The notes beneath the pieces were generated by a model. The model searched no databases and was not told where the DNA came from. It saw nothing but the letters and a program-made list of their open reading frames with translations. DNA of 64,000 nt, from the NCBI GenBank assembly GCA_003170475.1, contig PMZI01000023.1:20587-84586 (forward strand), written 5' to 3'. Below, piece by piece: positions 19,941 to 29,620 of this stretch (position 1 is its first letter; each line of letters starts with the position of its first letter). The position numbers and the translations under genes are program-made. Origin of the DNA: Ignavibacteriota bacterium (lineage in GTDB: Bacteria; Bacteroidota; Ignavibacteria; UBA10030).

Positions 19941-20569
19941 TCGACAAATTGAATTTCGAAAAGATGAACGGCCTGATACCTGCAGTCATTCAGGACGCAA
20001 CAACCAGGCAGGTGCTCATGCTTGGCTATATGAACAAGGAAGCGCTGGGGAAGACTCTGGAAGAACGAAGAGTCACATTCTGGAGCAGAACAAAGAATCG
20101 ATTCTGGCAAAAGGGTGAAACTTCCGGCAATGTGCTTGAAGTGGATTCCGTGAAAGCCGACTGCGACGGAGATGCTCTCCTGGTGTACGCGCATCCTTCA
20201 GGTCCCGTGTGTCACACCGGAACGCACACATGTTTTGGCGAAGAAGCGACGGACGAAGTGAGTTCTGTGCTCGGCAAGCTGGAAAATATCATTAGGGTCC
20301 GCCGACAGGACCGACCCGAGGGTTCGTATACAGCAAAACTCTTTCAGCAGGGCACAGGGCGTATCGCGCAGAAAGTCGGAGAAGAAGCCGTCGAGACGGT
20401 GGTCGCAGCCCTGCAGCAGGACCGAGAAGCACTCAAGGAGGAATCGGCAGATCTCCTTTACCATTTGATTGTCCTTCTCGAAGATCGAGGAGTAAAATTA
20501 GCGGATGTTGCCGGGGTATTAAGAAAGAGGATGGAAAAGCCGATACCGAAGCCATCGCCGGCCGGCTAG
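19937..20569 (+). CDS. hisIE: bifunctional phosphoribosyl-AMP cyclohydrolase / phosphoribosyl-ATP pyrophosphatase
   Basis: 210 aa. N-terminal HisI pattern (LIPAVIQD...[16 protein letters not shown]...DCDGDALL...CH) plus a C-terminal HisE helical domain. Confidence 0.92.
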   Translation: MIDKLNFEKMNGLIPAVIQDATTRQVLMLGYMNKEALGKTLEERRVTFWSRTKNRFWQKGETSGNVLEVDSVKADCDGDALLVYAHPSGPVCHTGTHTCFGEEATDEVSSVLGKLENIIRVRRQDRPEGSYTAKLFQQGTGRIAQKVGEEAVETVVAALQQDREALKEESADLLYHLIVLLEDRGVKLADVAGVLRKRMEKPIPKPSPAG

Positions 20570-20575
20570 CGTATT

Positions 20576-20971
20576 CTATTGTTCCTTGTGGACAAACTCG
20601 TGTCCGGCCTTTTGAAGCGCCTGCACAGCATTTACCAGATGCTCTTCCATCACGAGCACGTAGTCCGTGTTGAAGGTGCTGATTGCAAAAAGGGGGACCT
20701 GAGCCTCCGCGAGTGGTTCGCTGATCGCCGCAAGCACGCCAACTTCTTCCAGTTTCATCTGGCCTTGCACCCTGATACACCGCCATCCCAATTCCTGCTG
20801 AACGTTATTCGGCGCCATGTAGTCAGGACAGACAATAGTGAGTTCATCGTCGGTTCGAAAGATGAAACACATTTCTCCTTTCGAGAGAATCGAAGGGATT
20901 TCTGCAAACTGCGGGAGCTTGTTGATCGTGAACGTGTCGTTGAGCAGGTGAAGCGTAAGTTTCTTCTTCAT
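20576..20971 (-). CDS. ACT-domain protein (ACT_7-like)
   Basis: ORF 20576..21037; ATG at 20971 (MKKKLTLHLL). About 130 aa with ...GWRCIRVQG...GVLAAISEPLAEAQVPLFAISTFNTDYVLV, typical of small ACT proteins. Confidence 0.6.
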   Translation of the reverse strand: MKKKLTLHLLNDTFTINKLPQFAEIPSILSKGEMCFIFRTDDELTIVCPDYMAPNNVQQELGWRCIRVQGQMKLEEVGVLAAISEPLAEAQVPLFAISTFNTDYVLVMEEHLVNAVQALQKAGHEFVHKEQ

Positions 20972-21136
20972 GAACGGTGCCTCATCGGACACAGGGAGCG
21001 ATTGTGGGTGTGGTGATGCCTGCGCAAAAGGTACCACATCCCCCGCTCTCCCGCAAGTTTGTTCTCTTGTTCGTTGACCGCCAGCACAAAATTCATTAGT
21101 ATTCCTGACCCCGTAACGAATCTCTGGACATCAGAT

Positions 21137-21808
21137 TTGACAGTGAACACACGATCAGCGCTTGTTGTTGGCGCTTCAGGCCTCGTTGGCAGCCATCTTC
21201 TTCGACTTCTTCTTGAAGACGACACCTATTCCTGTATTGTCGTCTTGACGCGTAAATCCCTCGATTTCGAACATCCGAAACTCGTGGAGCGTGTGGTCAA
21301 CTTTGACCAGTTGGACCAACACCAAGATCTGATGAAGGCCGAGGATGTGTTCTGCTGTCTTGGAACGACGATCAAAGCGGCAGGATCGCAGGAGGCATTT
21401 CGGAAAGTCGATTTCACTTATGTCGTTCAAATCGCTGCGCTTTCTCAGAAGAACGGCGCTCGACAATTTCTGCTCATTTCTTCCCTTGGAGCAGATATCC
21501 ATTCCCGTATTTTCTACAACCGGGTCAAAGGAGAAATGGAAGCGGCGGTAAAAAAAATCCCTCTTGCTGCGGCAAGGATTTTCCGCCCATCACTTCTGCT
21601 GGGTCACCGTCGTGAATCGCGATTTGCAGAGACGGCGGGAATTTTCCTTGTCAAGACATTCTCGGTTCTGCTCTTCGGCTCCCTGCGTCGATATCGCGGA
21701 ATTCATGCTCAAACGGTGGCAAAAGCAATGCTCGGGGCGGCAGAACAACCGCTCGAAGGTTTTCAGATTTATGAATCCGAAACAATTCAATTGCTCGGCC
21801 AATCATAG
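21137..21808 (+). CDS. NAD(P)H-binding Rossmann-fold protein (atypical SDR / HTATIP2-like)
   Basis: ALVVGASGLVGSHLL dinucleotide-binding loop near the N-terminus. The start is uncertain (ATG 21059, TTG 21137 or GTG 21143). Confidence 0.6.
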   Translation: MTVNTRSALVVGASGLVGSHLLRLLLEDDTYSCIVVLTRKSLDFEHPKLVERVVNFDQLDQHQDLMKAEDVFCCLGTTIKAAGSQEAFRKVDFTYVVQIAALSQKNGARQFLLISSLGADIHSRIFYNRVKGEMEAAVKKIPLAAARIFRPSLLLGHRRESRFAETAGIFLVKTFSVLLFGSLRRYRGIHAQTVAKAMLGAAEQPLEGFQIYESETIQLLGQS

Positions 21809-21852
21809 ACACGCGCGCTTCGGTTCCTTTCATTGTCAGGAGAATCCATTTC

Positions 21853-23235
21853 ATGCAGACAAAACATCTCGTCTTCATTTCAGCGTTCATACTGTTGTTC
21901 TCGTCCATCCTCGCCGCTCAGTCTTCGGTGGTTCAGAAGTACGACTCCGTCGCGGTGCACATTGCCAAGGAGGCTCTTGGCTCAAACAACTCATACACTA
22001 TGCTCGAGGACCTGTGCACGAAGGTCGGCAATCGCATCAGTGGATCGCCGCAGGCCGCAAAGGCCGTTCAGTGGGCAATGAAAAGGATGCAAGATCTCGG
22101 CTTTGAGAATGTCCATCTTGAACCCGTGATGGTTCCGCACTGGGTTCGCGGGCCGGTGGAGGAAGCGTATCTTTTGCTCCCTTCCGGCCAGCGGGAAAAA
22201 CTCAAGATTACGACGCTCGGCGGAAGCATCGCAACGCCCGCGGAAGGAATTACTGCAGAAATCGTCGAGGTTAAGTCATTCGATGAGCTGCGCGCGCTGG
22301 GAGACAAAGCAAAAGGGAAGATCGTCTTCTTCAACCGTCCGATGGATCGAACCCAATTCCAGACCTTTGCCGCTTATGGTGGCGCTGTTGACCAGCGGAG
22401 CATTGGGGCAATCATGACAGCAAAAGCAGGAGGGGTGGCTGCCCTGGTTCGGTCGATGACCACACGAATTGACGATTCTCCACACACCGGCGGCATGGCA
22501 TATGACGATTCAGTCAAGAAGGTGCCCTCCGCGGCCATCAGCACGCGCGGGGCCGAATACTTGAGCCAGCTGTTGGCACAAGGAAAGACCGTTCGCATTC
22601 AATTGAAACTCTCGGCTCAGACATTGCCCGACGTTGAATCGGCAAATGTTGTCGGGGAGTTGAGGGGAACCGAGAAGCCCAACGAGGTGATCGTCATGGG
22701 TGGACACCTTGACAGTTGGGACATTGGCGCCGGCGCCCACGACGATGGGGCCGGGTGCATCCAATCCATCGAGGCATTGAGGATTCTCAAGAAGCTTGGC
22801 CTGAAACCGAAGCGAACAATTCGCGCAGTGATGTTCATGAACGAAGAGAATGGCCTTCGTGGAGGCATCGGGTATGCAGCAAAGGATCGCCCCGGTGAGG
22901 AGCATATCGCGGCGATCGAGTCAGATGAAGGTGGATTCAGCCCGCGCGGGTTCGCCATCAATGACACTGTTACGTACACGAAAGTAGCGCCCTGGGCACC
23001 GCTTCTCCATTCGTTTGGCGCCGACCGGATCACTCTCGGGGGTGGGGCAGCCGATATCAGTCCGCTTGCTCAAAAGGGTGTGCCAATGATTGCGTTGTCG
23101 GTTGATGTACACCGTTATTTCGATATGCATCATTCGGAGAATGATAACCTTTCCGCTGTAAACGAACGCGAACTGGCTCTCGGCGCAGCAGCAATGGCGA
23201 TCTTAACGTACGTCATGGCACAGGAAGGTCTGTAG
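21853..23235 (+). CDS. M28-family aminopeptidase with PA domain
   Basis: Signal peptide present. HLDSWDIGAGAHDDGAG and FMNEENG metal-ligand motifs. Confidence 0.8.
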   Translation: MQTKHLVFISAFILLFSSILAAQSSVVQKYDSVAVHIAKEALGSNNSYTMLEDLCTKVGNRISGSPQAAKAVQWAMKRMQDLGFENVHLEPVMVPHWVRGPVEEAYLLLPSGQREKLKITTLGGSIATPAEGITAEIVEVKSFDELRALGDKAKGKIVFFNRPMDRTQFQTFAAYGGAVDQRSIGAIMTAKAGGVAALVRSMTTRIDDSPHTGGMAYDDSVKKVPSAAISTRGAEYLSQLLAQGKTVRIQLKLSAQTLPDVESANVVGELRGTEKPNEVIVMGGHLDSWDIGAGAHDDGAGCIQSIEALRILKKLGLKPKRTIRAVMFMNEENGLRGGIGYAAKDRPGEEHIAAIESDEGGFSPRGFAINDTVTYTKVAPWAPLLHSFGADRITLGGGAADISPLAQKGVPMIALSVDVHRYFDMHHSENDNLSAVNERELALGAAAMAILTYVMAQEGL

Positions 23236-23244
23236 GCGCAACGG

Positions 23245-23275
23245 ACCCTGCGAAGCGCTCCGAGCTTCGCAGGGT
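23245..23275 (+). terminator. 12-bp stem-loop downstream of the M28 peptidase gene
   Basis: ACCCTGCGAAGC-gctccga-GCTTCGCAGGGT. There is no clear T-run. Confidence 0.4.
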
Positions 23276-23325
23276 CTTCTCGCCAAACGCGTTGCCGTTT
23301 TCTCTGTCAAAGAACAAGAGTCCTC

Positions 23326-24408
23326 ATGACAAACCCCAAGCTGATTCTGCTGCTGTGTGCTTTTTGTGTTCTTTCCTGTGCACCCTATTCTATGAAAGAT
23401 ACCCCCTCTCACTCCGTTGACGTGTTGTTCTCCGATTACTCCTTGTCAACCGGCCCCGGTGCCTCCGTCGCTATAATCAAAGACGGCAGGCTTTTCTATA
23501 GTAAGGCGTATGGCATGGCTGATTTGGAGACTCGAACTTCGGCCGCGACAAGCACCAACTATCGCCTCGCTTCTGTGACAAAACAATTTACTGCCACGGC
23601 GGTGTTGATGCTCGTTGACAAAGGAAAACTCTCGCTCGAAAGCCAGCTTACCGATGTGCTGCCCGGAGCACCGGCGTATTTGCAGGGAGTGAAAATCCGC
23701 CATCTGCTCAATCACACATCGGGAATTGTCGACTATGAGGATCTTATCCCGGAGAGCCAGACTGCTCAGGTTCTTGATAAGGATGTTCTCTCCCTCTTGC
23801 GAAGCATTGACTCCGTCTATTTTCCGCCTGGAGCAAAATTCAAGTACAGCAATTCTGGATATTCGCTCCTCGCTCTCGTTGTCGAATCAATCTCAGGACA
23901 ATCATTTGCAGAGTTCCTGAAGAAGAACATCTTCGAACCGCTCGGGATGAACCACACTCTTGCCTATCAGCAGGGCATCTCGACCGTTGATCACCGGGCG
24001 TACGGCTATTCACACTCCGACACAGGGTTCGTCCGCACAGACCAGAGTGTAACGAGCGCCGTGTTGGGAGACGGCGGTATCTATTCCTCTGTCGATGATC
24101 TATTCCGTTGGGCTGTAGCGCTCGATTCCCGGCCGCTTGTACGCCCTTTACTTCATTCCGAGGCTCATACCCCAGGACATCTTACCGATGGAAGTTCCAC
24201 AACATATGGTTTCGGTTGGTACATCGAACCGTACAAAGACTTCCCGACTTTCTATCATACAGGATCAACCAGAGGCTTCCGAAATGCCATCCTTCGTCTC
24301 CCCAGCCAACACCTGACGATCGTCATCCTTACCAACCGAAACGAGGGAGAGCCGATCGAAATTGCGCGGAAGATTGCGGATTTGATGATGCTTGGACCAA
24401 CTTCCTGA
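23326..24408 (+). CDS. serine hydrolase, class C beta-lactamase / PBP4*-like family
   Basis: S-x-x-K motif in ASVTKQFTA and a YSNSGY (Y-x-N) motif. Lipoprotein-like signal LLLCAFCVLSC. Confidence 0.85.
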   Translation: MTNPKLILLLCAFCVLSCAPYSMKDTPSHSVDVLFSDYSLSTGPGASVAIIKDGRLFYSKAYGMADLETRTSAATSTNYRLASVTKQFTATAVLMLVDKGKLSLESQLTDVLPGAPAYLQGVKIRHLLNHTSGIVDYEDLIPESQTAQVLDKDVLSLLRSIDSVYFPPGAKFKYSNSGYSLLALVVESISGQSFAEFLKKNIFEPLGMNHTLAYQQGISTVDHRAYGYSHSDTGFVRTDQSVTSAVLGDGGIYSSVDDLFRWAVALDSRPLVRPLLHSEAHTPGHLTDGSSTTYGFGWYIEPYKDFPTFYHTGSTRGFRNAILRLPSQHLTIVILTNRNEGEPIEIARKIADLMMLGPTS

Positions 24409-24649
24409 TCTGAAGAAATCCGAAGCTTCGAACAATTGGTAATTGATCCGTTGAATCCGTAGCCCGATCACTGGATGATAGTATTCCTTTCTCGTCTCAC
24501 CTCTCTCGTCTTGCGTTCTTCTCTCCCCATTGGCTTTTCGAGAAAAAATGAATACACTTCGATCTCATCTCTTTCTCAAAAAACTCGGAATTCAGAAGTG
24601 ATCCCATCGTTCAAGCATCAGTTCTGATCACCGACAAAAGGAGCATTTC

Positions 24650-25300
24650 ATGGGATTTCTCCAGGATCTTCTGGAATTTGTTCTTCATCTCGACCGGCAT
24701 TTGTTTGACCTCTGCACGCAGTACGGAGCATGGGTGTATTCAATTCTTTTTGCGGTTGTCTTTTGTGAAACGGGTTTCGTTGTCACGCCGTTTCTTCCTG
24801 GAGATTCCTTGCTCTTTGCGGTGGGTTCTCTCGCGGCAATCCATGCACTGGACCTTCCATCATCTCTCGTTCTGCTGATTCTCGCCGCAGTGCTGGGCGA
24901 TACGATGAACTATTGGATCGGTAATTACGTCGGTCCGAGGATCTTCAACAAAGAGAAAAGTCGTCTCCTGAACAGGGAATATCTTGTTCGAACGAATCAG
25001 TTCTATGAAAGACATGGAGGAAAAACCATCATTATTGCTCGTTTCCTGCCGATCATCCGTACGTTCGCCCCTTTTGTGGCAGGCATTGGGCACATGAGGT
25101 ATCGTCGCTTTCTCATGTTCAATTTCGTCGGTGGTGCGGCCTGGGTCGTTCTGTTCATCTCCGCAGGATATTTCTTCGGAAGCGTTCCGTTTGTCAAGAA
25201 TAACTTTAGCCTCGTGATCATTGCTCTCATCTTGATTCCCGGCATTCCGAGTTTGGTCGAGATCATCCGAATGCAGCTCAGAAAGCGCAAAGCGAATTAG
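24650..25300 (+). CDS. DedA-family membrane protein
   Basis: 216 aa. VTPFLPGDSLLF and IIARFLPIIRTFAPFVAG signatures. Confidence 0.85.
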   Translation: MGFLQDLLEFVLHLDRHLFDLCTQYGAWVYSILFAVVFCETGFVVTPFLPGDSLLFAVGSLAAIHALDLPSSLVLLILAAVLGDTMNYWIGNYVGPRIFNKEKSRLLNREYLVRTNQFYERHGGKTIIIARFLPIIRTFAPFVAGIGHMRYRRFLMFNFVGGAAWVVLFISAGYFFGSVPFVKNNFSLVIIALILIPGIPSLVEIIRMQLRKRKAN

Positions 25301-25382
25301 TGACTTTGTTGTTTGAGGAGCGGACTACCGCGAGTTCCTCTGTTTTGCGTACGGGCTCACCGTCAATCAAAGGTATAGACTC

Positions 25383-25775
25383 ATGCCACGACAGAACGTT
25401 TCAAGCGGCGCGCCCTGGGAGCCCATTGTCGGATACTCGCGCGCCGTCCGTGTTGGTCCCACCATCCACGTTGCAGGTACCACCGGCATTGGAACGGACG
25501 GAAAAGTCGTCACGAAGGGCGATGCGTATGCGCAAGCAGTCCGGGCGCTGAGGATCATCGAGATGGCTCTTCAGGAAGCCGGCGCCACTATGAAAGATGT
25601 TGTGAGGACGAGAACGTATCTCATCAACATTGCCGATTGGCAGTCGGTGGGCAAAGCCCACGGGGAATTTTTCCGAGACATCCGGCCTGCATCCACCATG
25701 GTCGCCGTCAACGCCCTCATTGATCCAGACATGCTCGTTGAAATCGAAGTTGATGCAATCGTTGACAACGAGTAG
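25383..25775 (+). CDS. RidA/YjgF-family protein
   Basis: 130 aa. [18 protein letters not shown]...RTRTYL...ASTMV pattern. Confidence 0.85.
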   Translation: MPRQNVSSGAPWEPIVGYSRAVRVGPTIHVAGTTGIGTDGKVVTKGDAYAQAVRALRIIEMALQEAGATMKDVVRTRTYLINIADWQSVGKAHGEFFRDIRPASTMVAVNALIDPDMLVEIEVDAIVDNE

Positions 25776-25887
25776 ATGAAGATCGAATCTCAGGGAAATG
25801 CAAAACGTTGGAGGTTCTGTTTCCGATTTGGATTGTGCCTGATAATTCGTGTTTCGTTGGCGCTCACCTGACATCGCAAGTATTTCT

Positions 25888-27747
25888 ATGAAAGACTTCG
25901 CGCGTTCGTCGGTCATCATTTTCTTGCTTCTTCTTTCAACGGTCGCATTTGCCCAGCGGCAAAGTTTCCGCTTTGCCTGGTTGAGCGACACGCACGTCGG
26001 CAGCCAGACGGCGGCCGCGGACCTCTCCACGTCTGTCCTTGATATCAATGGAATGAATGACGTGGCGTTCGTGATTCTTTCCGGTGACGTCACGGAAATG
26101 GGCTCGGATTCTCAGCTGGAGACGGCCAAATCGATACTCGACAGTCTGAAAAAGCCCTATTACCTTATTCCCGGCAATCACGATACAAAATGGTCCGCAT
26201 CGGGCTGCACGAAATTCCTCGCACTCTGGGGAAACGATAAGTTTTCTTTCACCTATGGCGGTTACCGGTTCATTGGTATTCACCAAGGCCCGATCATGAA
26301 GATGGGAGACGGACATTTTCCGCCGGAAGATCTTCGCTGGCTCGATTCGACCCTGGCCGCATTTCCCAAGAGAACTCAACCATTGCTTTTTGTGACTCAC
26401 TATCCGCTCGATTCGGGCATCGACAACTGGTATACCGTCACCGAGAGACTGAAACAGTGTAATACACAGGTGGTGTTGGTCGGACACGGACACACGAACG
26501 AGGTGATGAACTTCGAAGGTCTTCCTGCGGTTATGGGGCAATCCAATCTCCGTGCGCGCAAACCGGTTGGTTCCTACACAATCGTCGACGTGAAGCCCGA
26601 TACCATCTTCTTTACAGAGCGCACGCCCGGATCCCCTTTGAAGAGCCCCTGGCACCGGGTCGCTCTCGGTCAACGGGATTTCGCAAAAGACACAACGACA
26701 TTTTCACGCCTGGATCTTGCCGTCAATAAGATCTATCCGGCCACGACATCACGCTGGAGCGTGGACACCCGATGTACCATTGCCTCAACCCCTGCCGTGT
26801 GGAAGGAATACGTCATCTCGGGTAATAGCAGCGGGATGGTGTCTTGCTATTCTATAATAGATGGATCGCTGAAATGGACATTCAAGACTGCTGGAACCGT
26901 TTATTCCACCCCCGATGTTTCAGATGGCAGGGTGGTGATTGGTTCTTCTGACAGGAATATCTATTGCCTGGATGCCACCCGCGGCACACTCTTGTGGAAG
27001 ATACAGACAGGAGCACCGGTTGTGGCCGCGGCCGTGATTCGCAACGGCATCGTCTATATGGGTGGGAGCGACGGAGTGTTTCGCGCACTCGACCTGAACA
27101 CCGGTGGCGTGAAATGGGAGTTCAGGCGTGTTGGCGGGTTCGTTGAGGCAAAGCCGCTCATCTATGAGGACAAGGTGATTTTTGGCGCGTGGGACTCTTT
27201 TCTCTATGCGCTTTCTCTCAAAGACGGTTCGCTCCTTTGGAAGTGGTCGAATGGAAACGCGGGAGCGCTCTACTCCCCAGCCGCGTGCTGGCCTGTGGCT
27301 GCAAGCGGAAAAGTATTCATCGTTGCACCCGACCGCTTCATGACGGCAATCGATGCCAAAACAGGTACAACGATCTGGCGATCAAAGCAGCATCAAGTGA
27401 GAGAATGCGTCGGGATTTCAGAAGACAGCAAACAGATCTATGTGCGATGCATGACGGATACCGTGATTGCTTTCAGTTCCTCGGCTCCATCACCCAAAGA
27501 AATCTGGGCTACAAATTGTGGATACGGATACGATATTGATCCGTCGATGCCTATCGAGCGGGATGGTGTTGTGTATTTTGGAACAAAGAACGGATTGATT
27601 TTTGCGCTGAACGCCCAATCCGGAACAATTCTTTGGGAACACCGGATTGGCGTGACTATAGCAAGCACACCGGTTCCGCTCGGAAAACGATGTGTGGTTG
27701 TTTCAGATCTTGACGGCAGAATTTCTCTGCTGGAAGAAAGACACTAA
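25888..27747 (+). CDS. secreted metallophosphoesterase fused to a PQQ-like beta-propeller
   Basis: ORF 25849..27747; ATG at 25888 (MKDFARSS, signal peptide). Has DTHVG, GDVTE, GNHD and GHGH calcineurin-like motifs. These are followed by repeated ...G.L.W.F....V.S.P... blades. Confidence 0.75.
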   Translation: MKDFARSSVIIFLLLLSTVAFAQRQSFRFAWLSDTHVGSQTAAADLSTSVLDINGMNDVAFVILSGDVTEMGSDSQLETAKSILDSLKKPYYLIPGNHDTKWSASGCTKFLALWGNDKFSFTYGGYRFIGIHQGPIMKMGDGHFPPEDLRWLDSTLAAFPKRTQPLLFVTHYPLDSGIDNWYTVTERLKQCNTQVVLVGHGHTNEVMNFEGLPAVMGQSNLRARKPVGSYTIVDVKPDTIFFTERTPGSPLKSPWHRVALGQRDFAKDTTTFSRLDLAVNKIYPATTSRWSVDTRCTIASTPAVWKEYVISGNSSGMVSCYSIIDGSLKWTFKTAGTVYSTPDVSDGRVVIGSSDRNIYCLDATRGTLLWKIQTGAPVVAAAVIRNGIVYMGGSDGVFRALDLNTGGVKWEFRRVGGFVEAKPLIYEDKVIFGAWDSFLYALSLKDGSLLWKWSNGNAGALYSPAACWPVAASGKVFIVAPDRFMTAIDAKTGTTIWRSKQHQVRECVGISEDSKQIYVRCMTDTVIAFSSSAPSPKEIWATNCGYGYDIDPSMPIERDGVVYFGTKNGLIFALNAQSGTILWEHRIGVTIASTPVPLGKRCVVVSDLDGRISLLEERH

Positions 27748-27777
27748 ATTGTTGTCTAGAGGAAGGATGAGAAGATT

Positions 27778-28305
27778 ATGACAGATCTCCGTTATCCAGT
27801 CGGAAAATTCCAACCGGAACCCGAGCTCACTGATATCAGCCGGCAAAATCTCATCCGGCAGATCGCGGAAGTACCGGCGGAGCTTCGTGAGGCAATCAAG
27901 GGCCTTACAGAAGAACAGCTCGATACTCCGTACCGGCCAGGCGGCTGGACGGTCCGGCAGGTGGTTCACCACATCCCCGACAGTCACATGAACGCCTACA
28001 TTCGATTCAAACTCGGTATGACCGAGGAAGAGCCGCCGGTGAAACCCTATAAGGAAAACCTGTGGGCTGAGCTTGTCGATGCAAAATCATCTCCCATTGA
28101 ACCCTCGCTCACACTTCTGGAATCTCTTCATCAGCGTTGGACCGTGTTTCTGCGTTCCATGGCAACTGCAGATTTTTCCAGGACCGTCATGCACCCGGAG
28201 ATGGGGAAAATCGCGCTCGACAGAATCCTCCAGCTGTACGCCTGGCATGGACGACACCATGTAGCGCATATTACTTCGCTGCGCGAACGTATGAACTGGA
28301 AATAA
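27778..28305 (+). CDS. DinB/YfiT-family metal-dependent protein
   Basis: 175 aa. YRPGGWTVRQVVHHIPDSHMNAY and YAWHGRHHVAHI His-triad pattern. Confidence 0.8.
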   Translation: MTDLRYPVGKFQPEPELTDISRQNLIRQIAEVPAELREAIKGLTEEQLDTPYRPGGWTVRQVVHHIPDSHMNAYIRFKLGMTEEEPPVKPYKENLWAELVDAKSSPIEPSLTLLESLHQRWTVFLRSMATADFSRTVMHPEMGKIALDRILQLYAWHGRHHVAHITSLRERMNWK

Positions 28306-28377
28306 TCCCCCCTTCTGAACAAAACCCGCTATGCGAGAAGTCAGACTTCTCACATGGTCTCATCCAGACTTCGAACG

Positions 28378-28836
28378 ATGAATATGACTATCCGTCCGGC
28401 CACGCTTGCCGATGCAGTAACCATTGCCCGTTTCAACGCCCTCATGGCCGCTGAAACCGAACAGATCACTCTTGATCAAAATCGTCTGCTCAAAGGCGTC
28501 GAAGCCCTCTTGCGTGATTCGACTAAAGGCTTCTACCTCGTCGTTGAACACGACAATGTCATCGTCGGTCAGCTCATGATCACCTACGAGTGGAGCGATT
28601 GGCGAAACGGCGTATTTTGGTGGATTCAAAGCGTTTATGTGGAAAAGTCGGCCCGTGGAACAGGCGTGTTCAAGATGCTGTTTGACCATATTCACACGCT
28701 CGCAAAATCAGCCCCGGATGTGTGTGGACTACGGTTGTATGTCGAGAAGACGAACGCACGCGCAAAACAGACATACGAGCGGCTCGCAATGCATCCCTCT
28801 CACTATGAGATGTACGAAATGGATTTCGTTCTCTAA
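28378..28836 (+). CDS. GNAT N-acetyltransferase
   Basis: ORF 28354..28836; ATG at 28378 or 28384 (MTIRPATLAD). Acetyl-CoA loop VEKSARGTGVFKML. Confidence 0.75.
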   Translation: MNMTIRPATLADAVTIARFNALMAAETEQITLDQNRLLKGVEALLRDSTKGFYLVVEHDNVIVGQLMITYEWSDWRNGVFWWIQSVYVEKSARGTGVFKMLFDHIHTLAKSAPDVCGLRLYVEKTNARAKQTYERLAMHPSHYEMYEMDFVL

Positions 28837-28875
28837 ATCTCCCGACGATATTCTCAAAATACATCAAGAAAGTAG

Positions 28876-29535
28876 ATGCCGATGGATTCTTGCTGCGTTC
28901 CCGGTGGCTCCTGCTGCGAAACCGGATCTTTCTTTTCCCGATGGTCTCGCATCTATGCAAAGCGCTTCCGCAGCGGCGGACTCGAGCCGGTTCAGAAGTA
29001 CTTGCTCCAGGGGATCAGGTTGCAGCCTGTTCATGGAACTTCCGTGCTCGACATCGGGTGCGGCGTCGGGGCGCTTCATCTGACGCTGCTCAAAGAAGGT
29101 GCAGATCGTTCAGTCGGTATTGATATGTCAGAGGGAATGCTCCGCGAGGCAAAACGGTTTGCTGAAGATTCTGGCGTCGCCGCCCATACACACTATGTGG
29201 TTGGGGATTTTGTTCAACTTTCATCGAGGATGACAGAGAGCGACATTACCATCCTCGACAAGGTCGTCTGCTGCTATGCAGACGTGGAGAATCTTGTGAG
29301 CGCAGCAACGGCGAAAACAAAGCACACCTTTGCGTTGAGTCATCCAAAAGAAAATCTTCTGATGAAGTCACTCTTCAAGGGACACATGGTGCTCGCGAAA
29401 ATACTCCGGTGGAGTTTCCATCTATTTTGGCACAACTGGGATGAGGTCGCATCCCTCATCCGGTCGCATGGCTTCGAATTGATGTATGAGAATTCAACCA
29501 TCTCCTGGCAGGTGTTAGTTTACAAAAGGAAATGA
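28876..29535 (+). CDS. class I SAM-dependent methyltransferase with Cys-rich N-terminus
   Basis: Motif I VLDIGCGVGAL. The N-terminus MPMDSCCVPGGSCCETG has two CC pairs. Confidence 0.75.
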   Translation: MPMDSCCVPGGSCCETGSFFSRWSRIYAKRFRSGGLEPVQKYLLQGIRLQPVHGTSVLDIGCGVGALHLTLLKEGADRSVGIDMSEGMLREAKRFAEDSGVAAHTHYVVGDFVQLSSRMTESDITILDKVVCCYADVENLVSAATAKTKHTFALSHPKENLLMKSLFKGHMVLAKILRWSFHLFWHNWDEVASLIRSHGFELMYENSTISWQVLVYKRK

Positions 29536-29564
29536 TTGATCTTCAGATGATTCACTTGGAAAAG

Positions 29565-29596
29565 AAAAAGGCGCTTGGTCACAAGCGCCTTTTTTG
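29565..29596. terminator. bidirectional rho-independent terminator
   Basis: AAAAAGGCGCTTG-gtca-CAAGCGCCTTTTT, between convergent genes ending at 29535 (+) and 29621 (-). Confidence 0.8.
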
Positions 29597-29620
29597 TTGT
29601 ACCGCCGATCCATGCTCTTT

